From contig OZ024740.1 in assembly GCA_964016885.1 (NCBI GenBank), positions 300,948,001 through 301,012,000 of the forward strand: 64,000 nucleotides of DNA, read 5' to 3'. Both the position numbers and the translations under genes were made by a program. The notes below the pieces were generated by a model. It had not been told where the DNA came from. It saw only the letters and a program-made list of their open reading frames with translations, and did not search any database. Positions 1 through 22,249 of this stretch are shown piece by piece (position 1 is the stretch's first letter; each line of letters starts with the position of its first letter). The stretch is from Eledone cirrhosa. Lineage: Eukaryota.

Positions 1-183
1 TCTGTGTCTATTTCTCTCTCTGTGTCTCTCTTTCTCTCTCCCTCTCACTCTATCTCTCTCTCTCTCTCTCCATATATATGTATGTGTATGTATATGTGTA
101 TGTGTATGTGTTTGTGAGTATGAGTGTGTTTGTGTGCGAATGTCCCGCCCGTTCCCTCAATCTAACTTATATCTGATTCTTTC

Positions 184-215
184 TTTTGATGAAGGACGAG
201 CGTCCGAAACGTCAA
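184..215 (+). ncRNA. Minimal type I hammerhead-like motif (PLE 3'-end remnant)
   Basis: UU-UUGAUGA-A-GGAC(GAGC)GUCC-GAAA-C-GUC-AA. Stem II is perfect, GAAAC-GUC is the PLE-type short stem III, and core position 3 is U instead of C. Confidence 0.65.
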
Positions 216-292
216 CCTAATACATTCCTTCCATACACTGTACATATTATGTTGTTATTTCTGTTTACCTTTTACATACATATGTATATATT

Positions 293-570
293 TATAAAGA
301 AAAAAAGATGAAATCGAAATGCAACTGGAGTCTTATTTTTAAAAAAATATATATATATTTATTTGGTTCCTTTACCGGTTTCGCAGTTCTTCTGCTTTTC
401 AAAAGTAGAGTTGAGATGGAAGGTTTGTGGTTTTTCTCATGTGAGAAAAACCACAGACCCTCCATCTCAACTCCAGTTGCATTTTCGATTTGATCTTTTT
501 TTCTTTATACTTTCACTCGTGTAGGACACCTCGGTTATTTTTCATTTTGTAAAAAAGAACTCACTTTCTA
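293..570. mobile_element. Fold-back PLE-type insertion between AT-rich tracts
   Basis: Arms 293-331 plus 408-440 are the reverse complement of 441-509 (centre TTTTCTCATGTGAGAAAA). Unpaired tail 510-570. Segment 332-407 is present in the left arm only. Confidence 0.7.
370..405 (-). ncRNA. Minimal hammerhead ribozyme, U3-A8 core variant
   Basis: Minus strand CUU-UUGAAAA-GCAG(AAGAA)CUGC-GAAA-CCGG-UA-AAG, followed by AAUAAA. Palindromic stem III ACCGGU. Confidence 0.7.
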
Positions 571-2789
571 ATATATATAAATATATATATATTTATATAT
601 ATATATATATATATATATACAATAGTAAGTCTACAAAAGTTGATATGTATATCATTCCGGTATCACCATTTCTCTATCTGTTTTACTCTCTATATAGCGT
701 ATTGGTTCAGCCTCCTGCGCGTATATACTCACACATATAACAACACATATATATGTGTATGTGTGTGTTTCTTCGTTTGCATGCATATATCAGAGTTTGT
801 GTATTTGCGTAAGCATGTGTTTGTGTGAGATTATGGAAGTGCTTGCGAATGAAGATACGTAGTGTAGACCCGTATATTTGGATGCATTTGTAGAGCCTTC
901 ATGTTTCAGTAATAATTTTGCATTTTTATTATTTTGCTATTGTGTACCACATATAGTTTGTTTTCTGCTCATTGCCATCGACAAGGAATTCTTTTCAATC
1001 AATTTATTACAAGTATGTTGGAAAATAGTTATGCAAAAACGAGAGTATGAATAATAGGTTTATAATTAACATATAGATATGTAAATGTGAATTTGGACAT
1101 AACTATCGCAACTAATGCAGGATCAATCATTTAAGGGCAACTCTGTAATAGTCTATTTGACTTTCAATAAAGACTAATTGGACGTCTCATTGATTTTGAA
1201 TGCTAAGTATGAATGCATTTATTTAGCCCTCATTGTCATGTAAACAATTCTTAAAACTAATTTCTTTCTAATTTTCTTTCGTCATATTATATAGAAATGA
1301 AGACACACTGTTAGTTGATAAATAGTGAATAATATACACTGACATTTATATGATAATACCTCCATAAATATATACGGAATAACAGGCAAAGCTCCGGGGA
1401 CACTCGCTGCGGGAAATGCTAATAAAAAGTGTGAGCTATCACAATTAAAGCAAACATTCAGGAAATGTTCTAATGGCAGTAGGAAAGTGTTAAAATGAGA
1501 AATAGTGGAGGAAGGAAAACAAAACTTGGCTTGCTCTATTCCTATATGTAATTCCATTCTTACATTGAAACACACACACACACACACGCGCACATACATA
1601 CACACACACACACACATACATACATACATACATACATACATACATACATAAATACATACATATTGTATCGTCGATCACTCAGTTTAGCAATAGACCAGTA
1701 TTGATTCCATTTTAAGCAAAGAGATAGAATAAGCCAGTGGACGTGCGTTTTGGTTTTCAACATAAATTTAGAATAGCAATCAAACATTCTGTGGCTGGTC
1801 TTAGCAGTATTAAAATGGACAGGCATGTGAATATTTCGTGGACTCAAAATGACATGCGAGCCTGTGAAGGGGGTATTGTGTAGCATACTGCAGCAAAATG
1901 CAATTAACATTCTTGTATGAATGCCTTCATGTGTGTTTTCAGGCATGTTGTACGTAAAACTGTGCCAGAGGTGCGTATTCACACTTCTACAATAGTCATA
2001 CATATCATAAATATGAATGACCTGTGCAGCTTGAGTTGATGTGATATCACAACTGCTATTGTAGGATCAGTTGAGTAGTAACTACAAACGGCACCGTGTT
2101 AACACGTCGGAAAGGGATATCCTTGTTAAAAATCCTAGGACTTTCCGCCTCTCAATATAGCCTGTGTAGTGCATGGGATATCACTTAAACCAAAGCGAGT
2201 GGAAACCTAGAGCATGTCGGCCCCGTTTGCATGGGTCACGGTGGCAGAAAGGTGAATTAAAGAATTGCTGGAGCTGATTCAATAACACGCCATCTTTAGT
2301 ACTCTTTCATGAGAGCTTCTGAAAGACAAATTCGCTATCAATACGGTTATAAATTTTGGCCGAAAAATCGCTATCGCGAATACAATCTGCTGAAATGAAG
2401 TTTCTTGGGAAGGTAGTGTTATTCGATTGTTTGCATAGCACAGACATCTGGGAGCTTCTCCAGGTAGAGCCACTAAGTCTTCACCTCCTGAGGTCACAAC
2501 AACAGTACTAGACCACCTGGTTAGAAATCTAATGAAAGATTGAGGGAACATGTTTTAAGGATAAACAACCGACAAGAAATAATGGGTTAGATCATAAGCA
2601 AGTTAGCTGGATAACATCCATAAACTTGGTTGCTTGCAGCTGGGAGCTAGCCGGAAGATTTGCAGACGGTTGCTTCCAACAAGACCATTTTGTGAGGACT
2701 GATCGAGGGCTCTGCTTGCTTTGGTGAAAATAGAAGGAAGAATGAAATGTAATATGGTAGTAATTGAGATCATAATGATGGTGGTGTTA

Positions 2790-2830
2790 ATGATGATGAT
2801 GATGATGATGATGCTGATGCTGATGAAGAA

Positions 2831-2865
<35 letters not shown>

Positions 2866-2935
2866 AGAAGAAGAAGAAGAAGAAGAAGAAGAAGAAGAAG
2901 ACGACGACGACGACGACGACGCTGATGAGGAGGAA
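2790..2935 (+). repeat. Compound trinucleotide microsatellite (GAT)n-(GAA)n-(GAC)n
   Basis: Read directly from the sequence. Confidence 0.95.
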
Positions 2936-3470
2936 GTGTTAATATTATTTTGTGCCAAAATCAGAAACAGTTATTAGAGAAAATAGCAGCAGTAGGAACA
3001 GAGTTAGTAGCAGTTGTTGTCGTTGCTATTTATTTATTAGTAGTAAATCATAACGTAAAGACAGTAACGTTTCTCCATTTCTCCGCATTATTTTGTGCAC
3101 CATTATTTTGATTAATTATGATATATTGTAATGCATTACTTATAATTAATTATAATACTCATATTCGTATTGCAACACTTCATAACTCTATAGATAAACC
3201 GGTGTCCTTTAATTAGTACTTGTACCACCACTACGTGCTGGTAAAATATTATGCACGTATCTTCATAAATTGTTCAAAAAATGTTTAGATTGACATTCTC
3301 GGTCAAGATTAAGAATCGTTTCTGGTGAGGGATAAGGTACTAGACAAACTGAAAGGAAGAAATTTAAGAACCCTGCTTGAAGATAAAAAAGTGATATAAC
3401 TTAGATCAGAAAAGATTTAGGGAAATTGTTATTTTTTCGTCACTATTTTTGAATGAAGCTTTAAACTATG

Positions 3471-3575
<105 letters not shown>

Positions 3576-5849
3576 CTATCTATATATCTATCTATCTATC
3601 TCTCTATCTCTCTCTCTTAACAACTCCATTTTTTCACACATATAAGTAGAAGAAATAGAAAAGGGAAAAGAGTGAAATGCTGTTATTGAGAGAGAAATAC
3701 TGCGTGAGAGGGAGACAGAGAGTGCGTGTACGTGTGTGAAAAATAGTTGAAGAGGTAGGATGTTGTCTTTCATCCTAATGTCATAAACGCCCCTTACTCT
3801 CACGCGTCCCCCCTCTCTCTCTATCTATTTATCTCACAGTATTTCTCGACAACAACTTTTCCCTCCTCACATTTCCCCCTCCCACATATATGATGTGACG
3901 GACAGACAGAGGGAGAGACAGCTTCCTTCTTATAAAATAGATTGCCTGATTAGTTAAGTCAAATAATCGGTGCGTTCCTTATATATATATATATATATAT
4001 ATATACAAAGGAACATACACACGCACTCACATATACTTGTATGTATGCGTGCATGTTTGTGTATTTACTATACATGTTGCACATTGATATAGTCTTCTCT
4101 ACGCACTCTATAGTAAGATAATTCATGTTATATCAATACATAGCAATTACAATACAATTTGCAGCTAGTATCGGATCAATTGTGGTTGATGATAACTGCT
4201 GACGTGTGTTATTTTGATTAGTCTATATGAAAGGCATTTACGTGCCCTTTTGTGTTTCTATAGTAGATATATTAGGACGCCAGCGGCTACGTACGCCAAC
4301 CTAGCACCTGCTGTTTCCCTTGACATGTCGCTATCAACGATGAATGTAAATGTTACTTGGATGCAATAGATTCTCCTTTGCAGTTGGCACCTATGATGTT
4401 CGACAAGGTATATGGCAAAGAATCCACACAGCATTACTATCATAATATTTCGAAGGAATATTTAGCTCTTTGATCCTCTTATATTATTGAATATTACTTT
4501 TCCCTTGAATGTAATTATAGGTAAAGTTATGGTATTTCCACAATAGGAATGTCCATGTGACATCGGTTGTGGACATCATAAATCATCTCTATGTATTTAG
4601 AAGACGTATGTCAAGAGTGGTTATTTCCTCTTTGAAATTCCCCATACCTCTCTCCACCTCCGTCTCTCATATCGATGTTGACATAAATAAAACATACATG
4701 TATGTGTAATGTTTCATGTGATTGAAATCTTTTGTTTGTGATATGTCTGGTGATGTGAAGCCTTGTGATGAATTAAAATGACTATACAGGTCAAAGTTAA
4801 TCTGAAGTGACAGGCTATTTTTCTGCAATGTAATTGAACGAAGTTGTTATCTTCGTTTTCATTAATTTTCCAGTCTTTCGAAATTTCAAAAGACAAAATA
4901 TTAAATGTTTTATCACCGCGAAAGCAGATCATAATCATTTAGGAAAATCTTAATTTTTATTTATTTTTGCGATAAAATTGACAAAGAGATTGCCAAATTA
5001 GTCTCGTCTGTTGGGTGAGAAACATAGATTCAACAAATAAAATTTAACAAGACCGTCTCAAATTTTGTTTTCTTTAACTTCAAAATGATTGTAGTGTGTC
5101 GTCTTTGTCACAAGATTAATTGGGTATTCATAGTATGAAAGTAAATAATAAAGTCTGCTATGTGCAGGAATAAAAGAAGACTTAATCGACATGCAATACA
5201 TACCGGTTTAGCAAGAATGTGTATATATGCACATTACATACATATATGAATACACAGAATGGAGTATATATGCTTTTGTTTGAGTGTATACGCGAACTAG
5301 TATGTATATGTCTGTGTGTGTTTTGTTTTTGTGAGCGTGTGTATGTCTGTGTTTGTGATATTTTATACTCGATTTCCATGGGCCTTATAAGCAATTATCG
5401 CTTACTCGGTTAGTTGGAAATTCTCTTCCTTTATAACATGTATATAAAATACAAATTCATTTTCATTCCTTCTGCCAGGTCAAGTGTCTACAAGGCGACA
5501 GTTTGTTTCGGCTCATGTCTGCTATATTGTTGGAGGTGCATCGCCACAAGCACCAAGCTCTTTTCGCTTTATATGAAATAATTCTAGATATAGCTGATTT
5601 TCTATCAGATTCGGCAACAATATAAAGTCCCGTTTGTTCTTTATAAGCGAGATTCATGCCAAATAATTCGATGAATAAATAGAAGCGACGCTGTTTACAA
5701 TGTTGCTGGTTTTCTGGGTATATACGAGCTATGTCAGAAAAGAAAAAGATATGTGGACGCAAATTACAAGATTTCCCCTTCGAAATAACACCCACCGTAC
5801 ATTCCTGGAAGGATTATTCACGGATACTTTGTTGTAACGAATCCTTTGA

Positions 5850-6300
5850 TTGTTTCCACGTCAAGACAACGGGTCGTACTCGATTATCTATAACTTATCA
5901 CCGTCATGACTGACGCAAGTCTTGTTCGGTATCAAGACGCTCGAGAATGTCCTAACAGATCTGCATACCCCGCTTTTCCTGGTCAGCATTCAGCTGCCAT
6001 CGCTATCATCTTCGTGCAGATCTTTCAAATGTCAAATTCTACCACACCCTGTATTGGTTCATGCCCAGATCATTTGGGATCAGTCGAACAGTCAACCAAC
6101 GATCACGACGTACCTCATGCTGCACTCGCTGAAAGTTGGCCCTAGTCCTGCTCGTTGAAGGCCTTTCGATCCTAGTGTTATCTCACTTTTCCTGCCACTC
6201 GAAAATCCATGAGCATGACGTCGCATTCACTTCCGTACACTTCATGAAGTATTCCGAGTGCATGCTACGGAATTGTTGCCAGCCAGACCAGAAACCAGGT
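5850..6300 (-). pseudogene. Decayed mariner transposase, N-terminal/HTH region
   Basis: Minus-strand translation across frameshifts: HEVYGSE...ERPSTSRTRANFQRVQHEVRRDRWLTVRLIPNDLGMN...LNADQEKRGMQIC*DILERLDTE...EYDP. This matches the mariner GRPST / DRRLTVR / YDP motifs. Confidence 0.75.
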
Positions 6301-6425
6301 TGGTTCGTTGCATTGTGTCTGTCGACGTCAATATTTCGTATATTATTCGATATACACACTTTGCATAGTTATAGATGTTATATATGTATGTGTGTCACAA
6401 ATACACACACACACGCGCACACGCG

Positions 6426-6460
<35 letters not shown>

Positions 6461-6461
<1 letters not shown>

Positions 6462-6640
6462 ACGAAGGAAATGTGGTAAGGAACCAGGTGGACCATAACG
6501 CACCAAAGTACTCAATACTTGAGGTAGTAGAGTGGGTAATAGGAACCAGTAAAACCCCGACAGCCGTTATTTTTTTTTAGTCCAGAATTAGCCGTCGAAA
6601 CGGCTTGAGCTCAGCTGTCGGGGTCTTACTGGTTCCTATA
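6461..6640. mobile_element. Short fold-back PLE 3'-end with the 3' half of an HHR
   Basis: TAGGAACCAGTAAAACCCCGACAGC (about 6540-6564) pairs with GCTGTCGGGGTCTTACTGGTTCCTA (about 6614-6638). Contains GAAA-CGGC...GCUG-UC-GGGG. (AT)n on both sides. Confidence 0.65.
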
Positions 6641-9600
6641 TATATATATATAAAGTTTTCGTCGCGTATAATAAGGTCCGCATTGTAGCTCAACTAAACG
6701 GTCCCACCCTAATCTATATCACGCTTACATCGACATATATATTTACATTACCTCTCACAATCAGCAATATCTTGTCTCCTTCCTTTCTTTATCATTGTTA
6801 CTCCTTCAATCATTTTCATGATTTAACATCCCTATCGTTAATATATCTCTCAAAATGTTCGGTATATCTGTTTCTATTTTCTAACACTACCACCTCCCCG
6901 TCAACTTCGATCTCACCAAAATTATAAAAGAACATGTACACTTGGACCTGGTTGCGTGTGCACACTCATACTAGGGACATATAAAGAATAGCTTGAGCTT
7001 TTATAACACACCAGCATAAGTAAAGCACTTTGAAAGCGCTGACAGAAATCCGCAAAAAACAGATGCATTACCTTAATGTTCAATCATACATACATCTATA
7101 TTACTATATACACGTCGGATTGCACATGTCCATTCACACATTCACATAAATACACAAAGAGAAACAAGCAATAAAACACATATTTTACTTTAAGAAGTAA
7201 ATAGGGATGTTGTTCAAACCTGTCACTCGGATGTACTCACACATACGCATTTTGAGATAGGTACACAAACATTCACCTAGAAGAGATAATAAACCATTGT
7301 CTCCAATATACTTGCGCACATTTCTTGTTCACACTGCATCACTTTAAATATACCCAACACATTTTCTACTTTGACTTCGTCTGCTTTTTTCCACATTCCT
7401 GATCACTGTCTCTTTGCACTATTGTTCTTTCAATATCATGCTCGCAACTAACTTCACTCCGTTGTCTCTTTGTATTCCTCATGTTTTGAAATACCATATT
7501 TGACGTCGACCAAAACCCGATCAGCATCTCTTAGACAGCCGCTACGCGAGGATGTATCTGTATTTAGTACCTCACTTACATAACTAAATATTTCATCATT
7601 TTCGTATAACACACATAATACCAAACTTCAGATATTTTCTCCCTCACATAATACGGTTGATAAACAGAAACCGACACACATGAATTATAATTCAACATCA
7701 CACGCCAAACAGCAACTACAAAATACAAACTCGCACACCGTCACACAGACACGCACACACACGCCCACAGTCACCCATATACATAATAACACATCTGCAC
7801 GCACACACACATACACACACGCACACATAGAAACTTCAGCACATCATCTACAAATTAGGTGTCTAATTTTGTGACATCGTTACATACGTCCACATTATCC
7901 TCAGTACTGGATCCCAGTTTACGGACGATTTTCGCTGGTATCATGCATACTTCATCTTTCTAAAGCCAGATGTGTAAATTCCTATTTCGCTTCATATGAA
8001 GCTCACGTCGTCTTCATGAACAAGATGTAACTATTCACTTTTCTCTGTATATCATGCAGACTTTGTCTTTCTTGAGTAATATTTCACTCTGAATAGTCTC
8101 CGTTATTTTTTCGAAAGGCGTTTCCCTTCATTTATAGATAAGTTTTTGCACTGTGTAGCAGTACAAAAGAAAAACAAAACAATAATCATTTGTATACTAT
8201 CTAGGACTTGATTTTAAAAATATGTTTAGGGTAATTTAAATGTATTTTCTGGAATTCAGTATCAAATACCAAATTCCTAACATTCTAAATATGTTTTTTT
8301 TTCATTTTATTTCGAAAAATGATCACGTCAACAATACTTCAGTATGAAACACACATATTTCAGAAAGAAAAAAACACAAAAAAGAAACTTACTATTAGGT
8401 TTCATTCATAACTTTAGTTATACAATAAAGATTCGCATTAAATATTATTGTTTTCTATGTTAAATCCAAACGTATTCAATGCTGTGGCATTTCTAAATTT
8501 AAAAGTGAAAAAGCAATAATACAAAGAGAAAGCGCATATTTCTGAATTATTTATCTCATTTCGAAAAGGAATACATTGTGTGGTATAATAATGATAATAG
8601 TAACGAACGTGAAGAGAAAACATTTTTGTTATATTTGCTTGTTTATATTAGAAATCAATAAGCAGCCATATTTAATTTCACAAACGTGAGCATTTCTAAG
8701 TGCTGAATAATGTACGTCGAGGCTTTCAGTGAATCCATTTCAAAATGATATATATTCATATGAATAGTTATTCACACAATTATATGTCAAATGAACAGCA
8801 TTACTTATCAAACAAAATGTGCGGGTTTCACTTCCATACAAATATTTTTGTCGTGGTGACTATATTCATTAAATGTAGATTAATGTAATGAATAAACTAT
8901 ATTTTCATGAAATATGTTTCAATAAAATATGAATCCTCATTTCATGATAACTACAAATAAAACTGGATTACTAGTAAAGAAAAAGGCGTAACAAAACATG
9001 CAATTACAATGGACGTCGTGATAGAAGGTTTAGCAGTGAAATATATCTCAAATATTTATTCAACGTGTAGCGAAGTCACGCGTAAATCATGACATGCTAG
9101 ATACAGGAGAAATGAAGCCCAACCTCGACATAGTATTATAAGGCTTGCCGCATAGAAACAAATCCACAGTAATATTTTTCACATGCCGCGATGGACAGAT
9201 TATATGGTCGATTATATGGTTTTCGAGCAGCTGGGACAAATGTTTGGGGTCAATGACGATCAGGAAGCGCAAAACATCAGGCCAATTGGACAGTCGTTTT
9301 GAATCTTTTTTTTTTTTGGAAGGTTGCGATATGATAAACCGATAACAGTTGCTACCACACCTTTCGTATTTAAATCTACTAGATTTATGGAAACACGTAT
9401 GAGCAAATTAGCCCTCTTTCGGATGGCGTCTCTCGTATTTCTAGGTGATTTTCTTTACGAAATATTTGCTAAGGTAAAGACAACTTTACTTGTTACACAA
9501 TATGTGCGTTTCTGTAAGAAACATTTGAGTTTTAGCCAAAGTTAGCGTAGTTTGGGAGGTGAACATTAGTGCAATTACTGGCCTAGTGTGCGATAAATTG

Positions 9601-10485
9601 CTGATGATATGGGTGTAATAAGCATGGCTTTAGTGAATCAATGCAAGTGTGAATATAGACGAGCATTCATGCATAACATGGATCAGAGTGCAAAGTGTTT
9701 AACTTCCGTTTTCAGAGATTGGAATAATTATACAGCCTTTGACCCCTTCTTGGGAGTCAGATAATTGGAAACAAATACTAGCTTTTTCGAAGCACATACC
9801 CAATGAGAGGTAAGGCAATTGTTTTATTACACCGGTAAGCTTTATTTAGTACATGAGTCACTATAGCTCAAGCTGTAGTGGCCATGCCTAATTACTCAAT
9901 TCATCTTTGTCATGAGACCATGAACCATTGTGATGAAATTAAGGCAGTCGATATATTTTTAAATGATGTAGTGTTATATTTTATATTTCGTTCTTTCTGC
10001 TGTCGTCTACGATTAATTGAAATATAGTTGCACAAACTCTCAAGCAGATAATAATAATAATAAAATGATAACAACGAAACTGAAGACAAAATATGTGGCG
10101 TGGTCGGCAACTCAACAAGTTAAGTCTGGGGAGAGGCTGTTCAAATAATTATGGAAATGAATATAACAAATGGACCTGAACTTCGTTACTAAATCTGCCA
10201 TGTTAAATCAATGAAAATTAATATCATTGGACAGCAATACCATAAAACAACTATGAAAAGCAATCATTATATTTCATATTTTATATTAAAATGTTGAAAT
10301 ACAAATGTAAGTTTCTATATCTCAAAATTATTTTTGAAAAGCATTTAAAAATGCGCAACCGGTAAAAACTTAAAAACTTAAAACCACAACTGAATACTAA
10401 CCCATACAATCACTAATACTCTTTTATTCCTAATTAAACCATTTTTCAACTGTGAACAATTTGTCAGCATTTTCTATTCCGTTTA

Positions 10486-10559
<74 letters not shown>

Positions 10560-10563
<4 letters not shown>

Positions 10564-11250
10564 GACAGGGGGGAAGAAAAAAATGGCTTCACTTGGGCTT
10601 TCAACAAATTTACTTTCTTCACAAAATCCAAAAATAATTTTTTTCAGGATTAGAAAAAAATCTTTTAAAAGAAATTTTTTGTTTTAAAATTTTTTTTATA
10701 TAAATTAAGTTGTTGGTTGTTGGTTAGGTCTTAGGAGTTCTTGGTTAACGTAGGAGGTATTGTTTCGTTTTTAGAAAGACCTTTTACGCTGAGGTGCGCT
10801 TGTCAAAATGATGTGTATGTGGTTTCTTCTATATATGGGGATTTAACATGTTTGTGAGGGGTTGGGGTTTTTTTCTCCCCCTTTAATGAGTGTAGAGGGA
10901 GAATAAACCCCAACCACACCACAAACATGTTAAATCCCCATATATAGAACAACACACCACATACACATCAGTTTGACAAGCGCACCTCAGCGTAAAAGGT
11001 CTTTCTAAAAACGAAACAATACCTCCTACGTTAACCAAGAACTCCTAAGACCTAACCAACAACCAACAACTTAATTTATATTAAAAAAAAATTTAAAAAA
11101 ATTTCTTTTAAAAAAGTTTTTTCTAATCCGGAAAAAAATTCTTTTTGGATTTTGTGAAGAAAATAAATTTGTTGAAAGCACATTGAAGCCATTTTTTTCT
11201 TCCCCTGTCTTAATATACCTAACTGTACCAAGGATTACACACATTTTCCA
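10560..11250. mobile_element. Long fold-back element in (AT)n
   Basis: About 325-bp arms (10560-10884 and 10892-11214) plus an unpaired tail 11215-11250, bounded by long (AT)n tracts. No clean HHR resolved. Confidence 0.8.
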
Positions 11251-11260
11251 ATATATATAT

Positions 11261-11321
<61 letters not shown>

Positions 11322-11328
11322 TATATAC

Positions 11329-19929
<8,601 letters not shown>

Positions 19930-20052
19930 CGTATGTTAGTCCTAGTGCCCAATCAGAGGCCAGTATTGAAAATGCTCCTCCATTATACAGTGATGGCCGT
20001 AATTGGATCGTGAAATCTAAGATTGCACTTATATGTTCAGTCTATTACTATA

Positions 20053-20111
<59 letters not shown>

Positions 20112-20116
<5 letters not shown>

Positions 20117-21445
20117 TGAAAAAGAACAAAGGAACTATTATGACATTATAACAAGTTTATTGCCGACAGCCGTTTCGTCCGACCATATGGTGGAACATTT
20201 CAAGGCATATAACATGTGATTGTAAGTTCATTATTTACATCAACGTATCACTTAAGACTAGCAGTTTGAAATTGTGGTATACATCAGTAGCTCCGCTTGT
20301 ATATTTGTGGTCTATATTCTAAGGGGGCTCCTTTATATTAGTTGTCCGAATTGTAAAAGGGATGGGTTATGGGGAGTTAAGAGAATTTGAAAATGTCCTG
20401 AGAGTCAGGGATTGAAGGTTAAAAATTAGATAATTTATAATTTACGTATTAAAAGTAAAAGAATTGGGATCTCGTAGAAGCACCGTAAAAATATACCTAA
20501 GTTATATATGTTGAAACAGCCCTTTGAAAATTCCTCGGATATCCCAAATACCGTAATTTTTAACTTTGAATTTATAATTTTCCCCAATTCGTTTATACAT
20601 ATCCTTAAAGGCTCTCTAAAATGTTAATTCTTCGAAGGGTCTCTCGGAGGAGGTTCCTATTAAAAATATTAAAGGGGCCTCTTCTGAGGGGTTTATTGAA
20701 GGCTTTTTGAATTAACCTTTAATTGATTAGTTTCTTTCAACTTAGCAGGGATTATCAAAACTTTGTAAATTTTCGAAACATTTTTAACGAGATCTCTGGG
20801 GAAGAAGGATTTTTTCTTTCGAAAGAAATTTTTTTCTCTCGGGGGAACTTCTTGGGAATCTTTATAGTTTTTAGGGAAACTTTATATCTTTATTTTTTTT
20901 TTTTATTTTATTAGTCTCTTAATCTCTTCTAGTTTGTTAAATTTATTGGGGCTTGTAAGCTTTATGCACTTATTGAAGGATTTTTTAGGGTGCTTCTACG
21001 AGATCCCAAGTATTTTACTTTTAATACGTAAATTATAAATTATCTAATGTTTAACCTTCAATCCCTGACTCTCAGGACATTTTCAAATTCTCTTAACTCC
21101 CCATAACCCATCCCTTTTACGATTCCGACAACTAATATAAAGGAGCCCCCTTAGAATATAGACCCCAAATATACAAGCGGAGCTGCAGATGTATACCACA
21201 ATTTCAAACTGGTAGTCTTAAGTGATACGTTGATGTAAATAATGAACTTACTATCACATGTTATATGCCTTGAAAAGTCCCACAATATGGTCGGACGAAA
21301 CGGCTGTCGGCAATAAACTTGTTATAATGTCATAATAGTTCCTTTGTTCTTTTTCATTAATATTTCTGCTCTGCTTATACGCATAGAGCTTAACTAGCTA
21401 CCGTCACATATTTGGTAGGTCACATACGACCTACCATACATCTTG

Positions 21446-21447
<2 letters not shown>
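20112..21447. mobile_element. Large fold-back PLE-type insertion
   Basis: Arms about 20112-20495 and 20979-21362, spacer about 480 bp, tail 21363-21447. (AT)n on both sides. HHR motif in both arms. Confidence 0.85.
21266..21312 (+). ncRNA. Hammerhead ribozyme, U3-A8 core variant (mirror copy 20161-20207, minus strand)
   Basis: UGCC-UUGAAAA-GUCC(...)GGAC-GAAA-CGGCUG-UC-GGCA, immediately followed by AAUAAA. Confidence 0.75.
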
Positions 21448-21527
<80 letters not shown>

Positions 21528-21582
21528 GAGAGATATAGAGAGAGAGAGAAAGAGAGAGCGATGCGGAGAGAAGGCGAAAGAA

Positions 21583-21623
<41 letters not shown>

Positions 21624-21631
21624 TATATAGA

Positions 21632-22200
21632 TATATTGTTATACTTTGGGAGGGTCATGTTGCCAATAAGAAACACACGCACCATGAGTTTTGCTTCAAT
21701 TTATTATAATAAATTTATAAATTTAGGAATTTATAAATTTCCGGTTGGTTGGTTGGTTCCACAACTAGGTGGTTGTTTATATATTGTCAAATTTCTTTCG
21801 TCACACATTATGTGACCTCTTCAGTGACTGGGGATTATTTTTTTTTGCTTTTGTGCCTCTCCTTTGTTCTGCCCTACGCCATCTTGTTTCCAAACAAGAT
21901 GGCGTAGGGCAGAACAAAGGAGAGGCACAAAAGCAAAGAAAAGAATCCGCAGTCACTGAAGAGGTCACATAATGTGTGACGAAAGAACTTTGACAATATA
22001 TAAACAACCATCTAGTTGTGGAACCAACCAACCAACCGGAAATGTATAAATTCCTAAATTTATAAATTTATTATAATAAATTGAAGTGAAAGCATGGTGC
22101 TTGTGTTTCTTATTGGCAACATGACCCTCCCAAAGTATAACAATATCGGTTTTAACACACGTTTTCAGATAAAGAATCTTGCTAAACAAATTCAGAAAAG

Positions 22201-22202
<2 letters not shown>
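21632..22202. mobile_element. Fold-back of the 3' end of the PLE family also seen at 29.3-30.9 kb
   Basis: Arms 21632-21889 and 21893-22147, tail 22148-22202 (AACACACGTTTTCAGA...). The right arm and tail are homologous to 30690-30882. Confidence 0.85.
21952..21994 (+). ncRNA. Minimal type I hammerhead ribozyme
   Basis: GUCA-CUGAAGA-G-GUCACA(UAAUG)UGUGAC-GAAA-GAAC-UU-UGAC. Canonical core with stems I and II intact. Confidence 0.8.

Positions 22203-22249
<47 letters not shown>

Noticed and set aside
2110-2720. Possible RTE-like LINE 3' remnant before the triplet repeat
   Set aside because: Only a vague R...GH..R-like trace; too decayed to support.
3790-3942. Possible non-autonomous Helitron 5' end (minus strand TCTATTTTATAAG...CTGTCTGTC)
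   Set aside because: No matching 3' hairpin-CTRR end could be identified.
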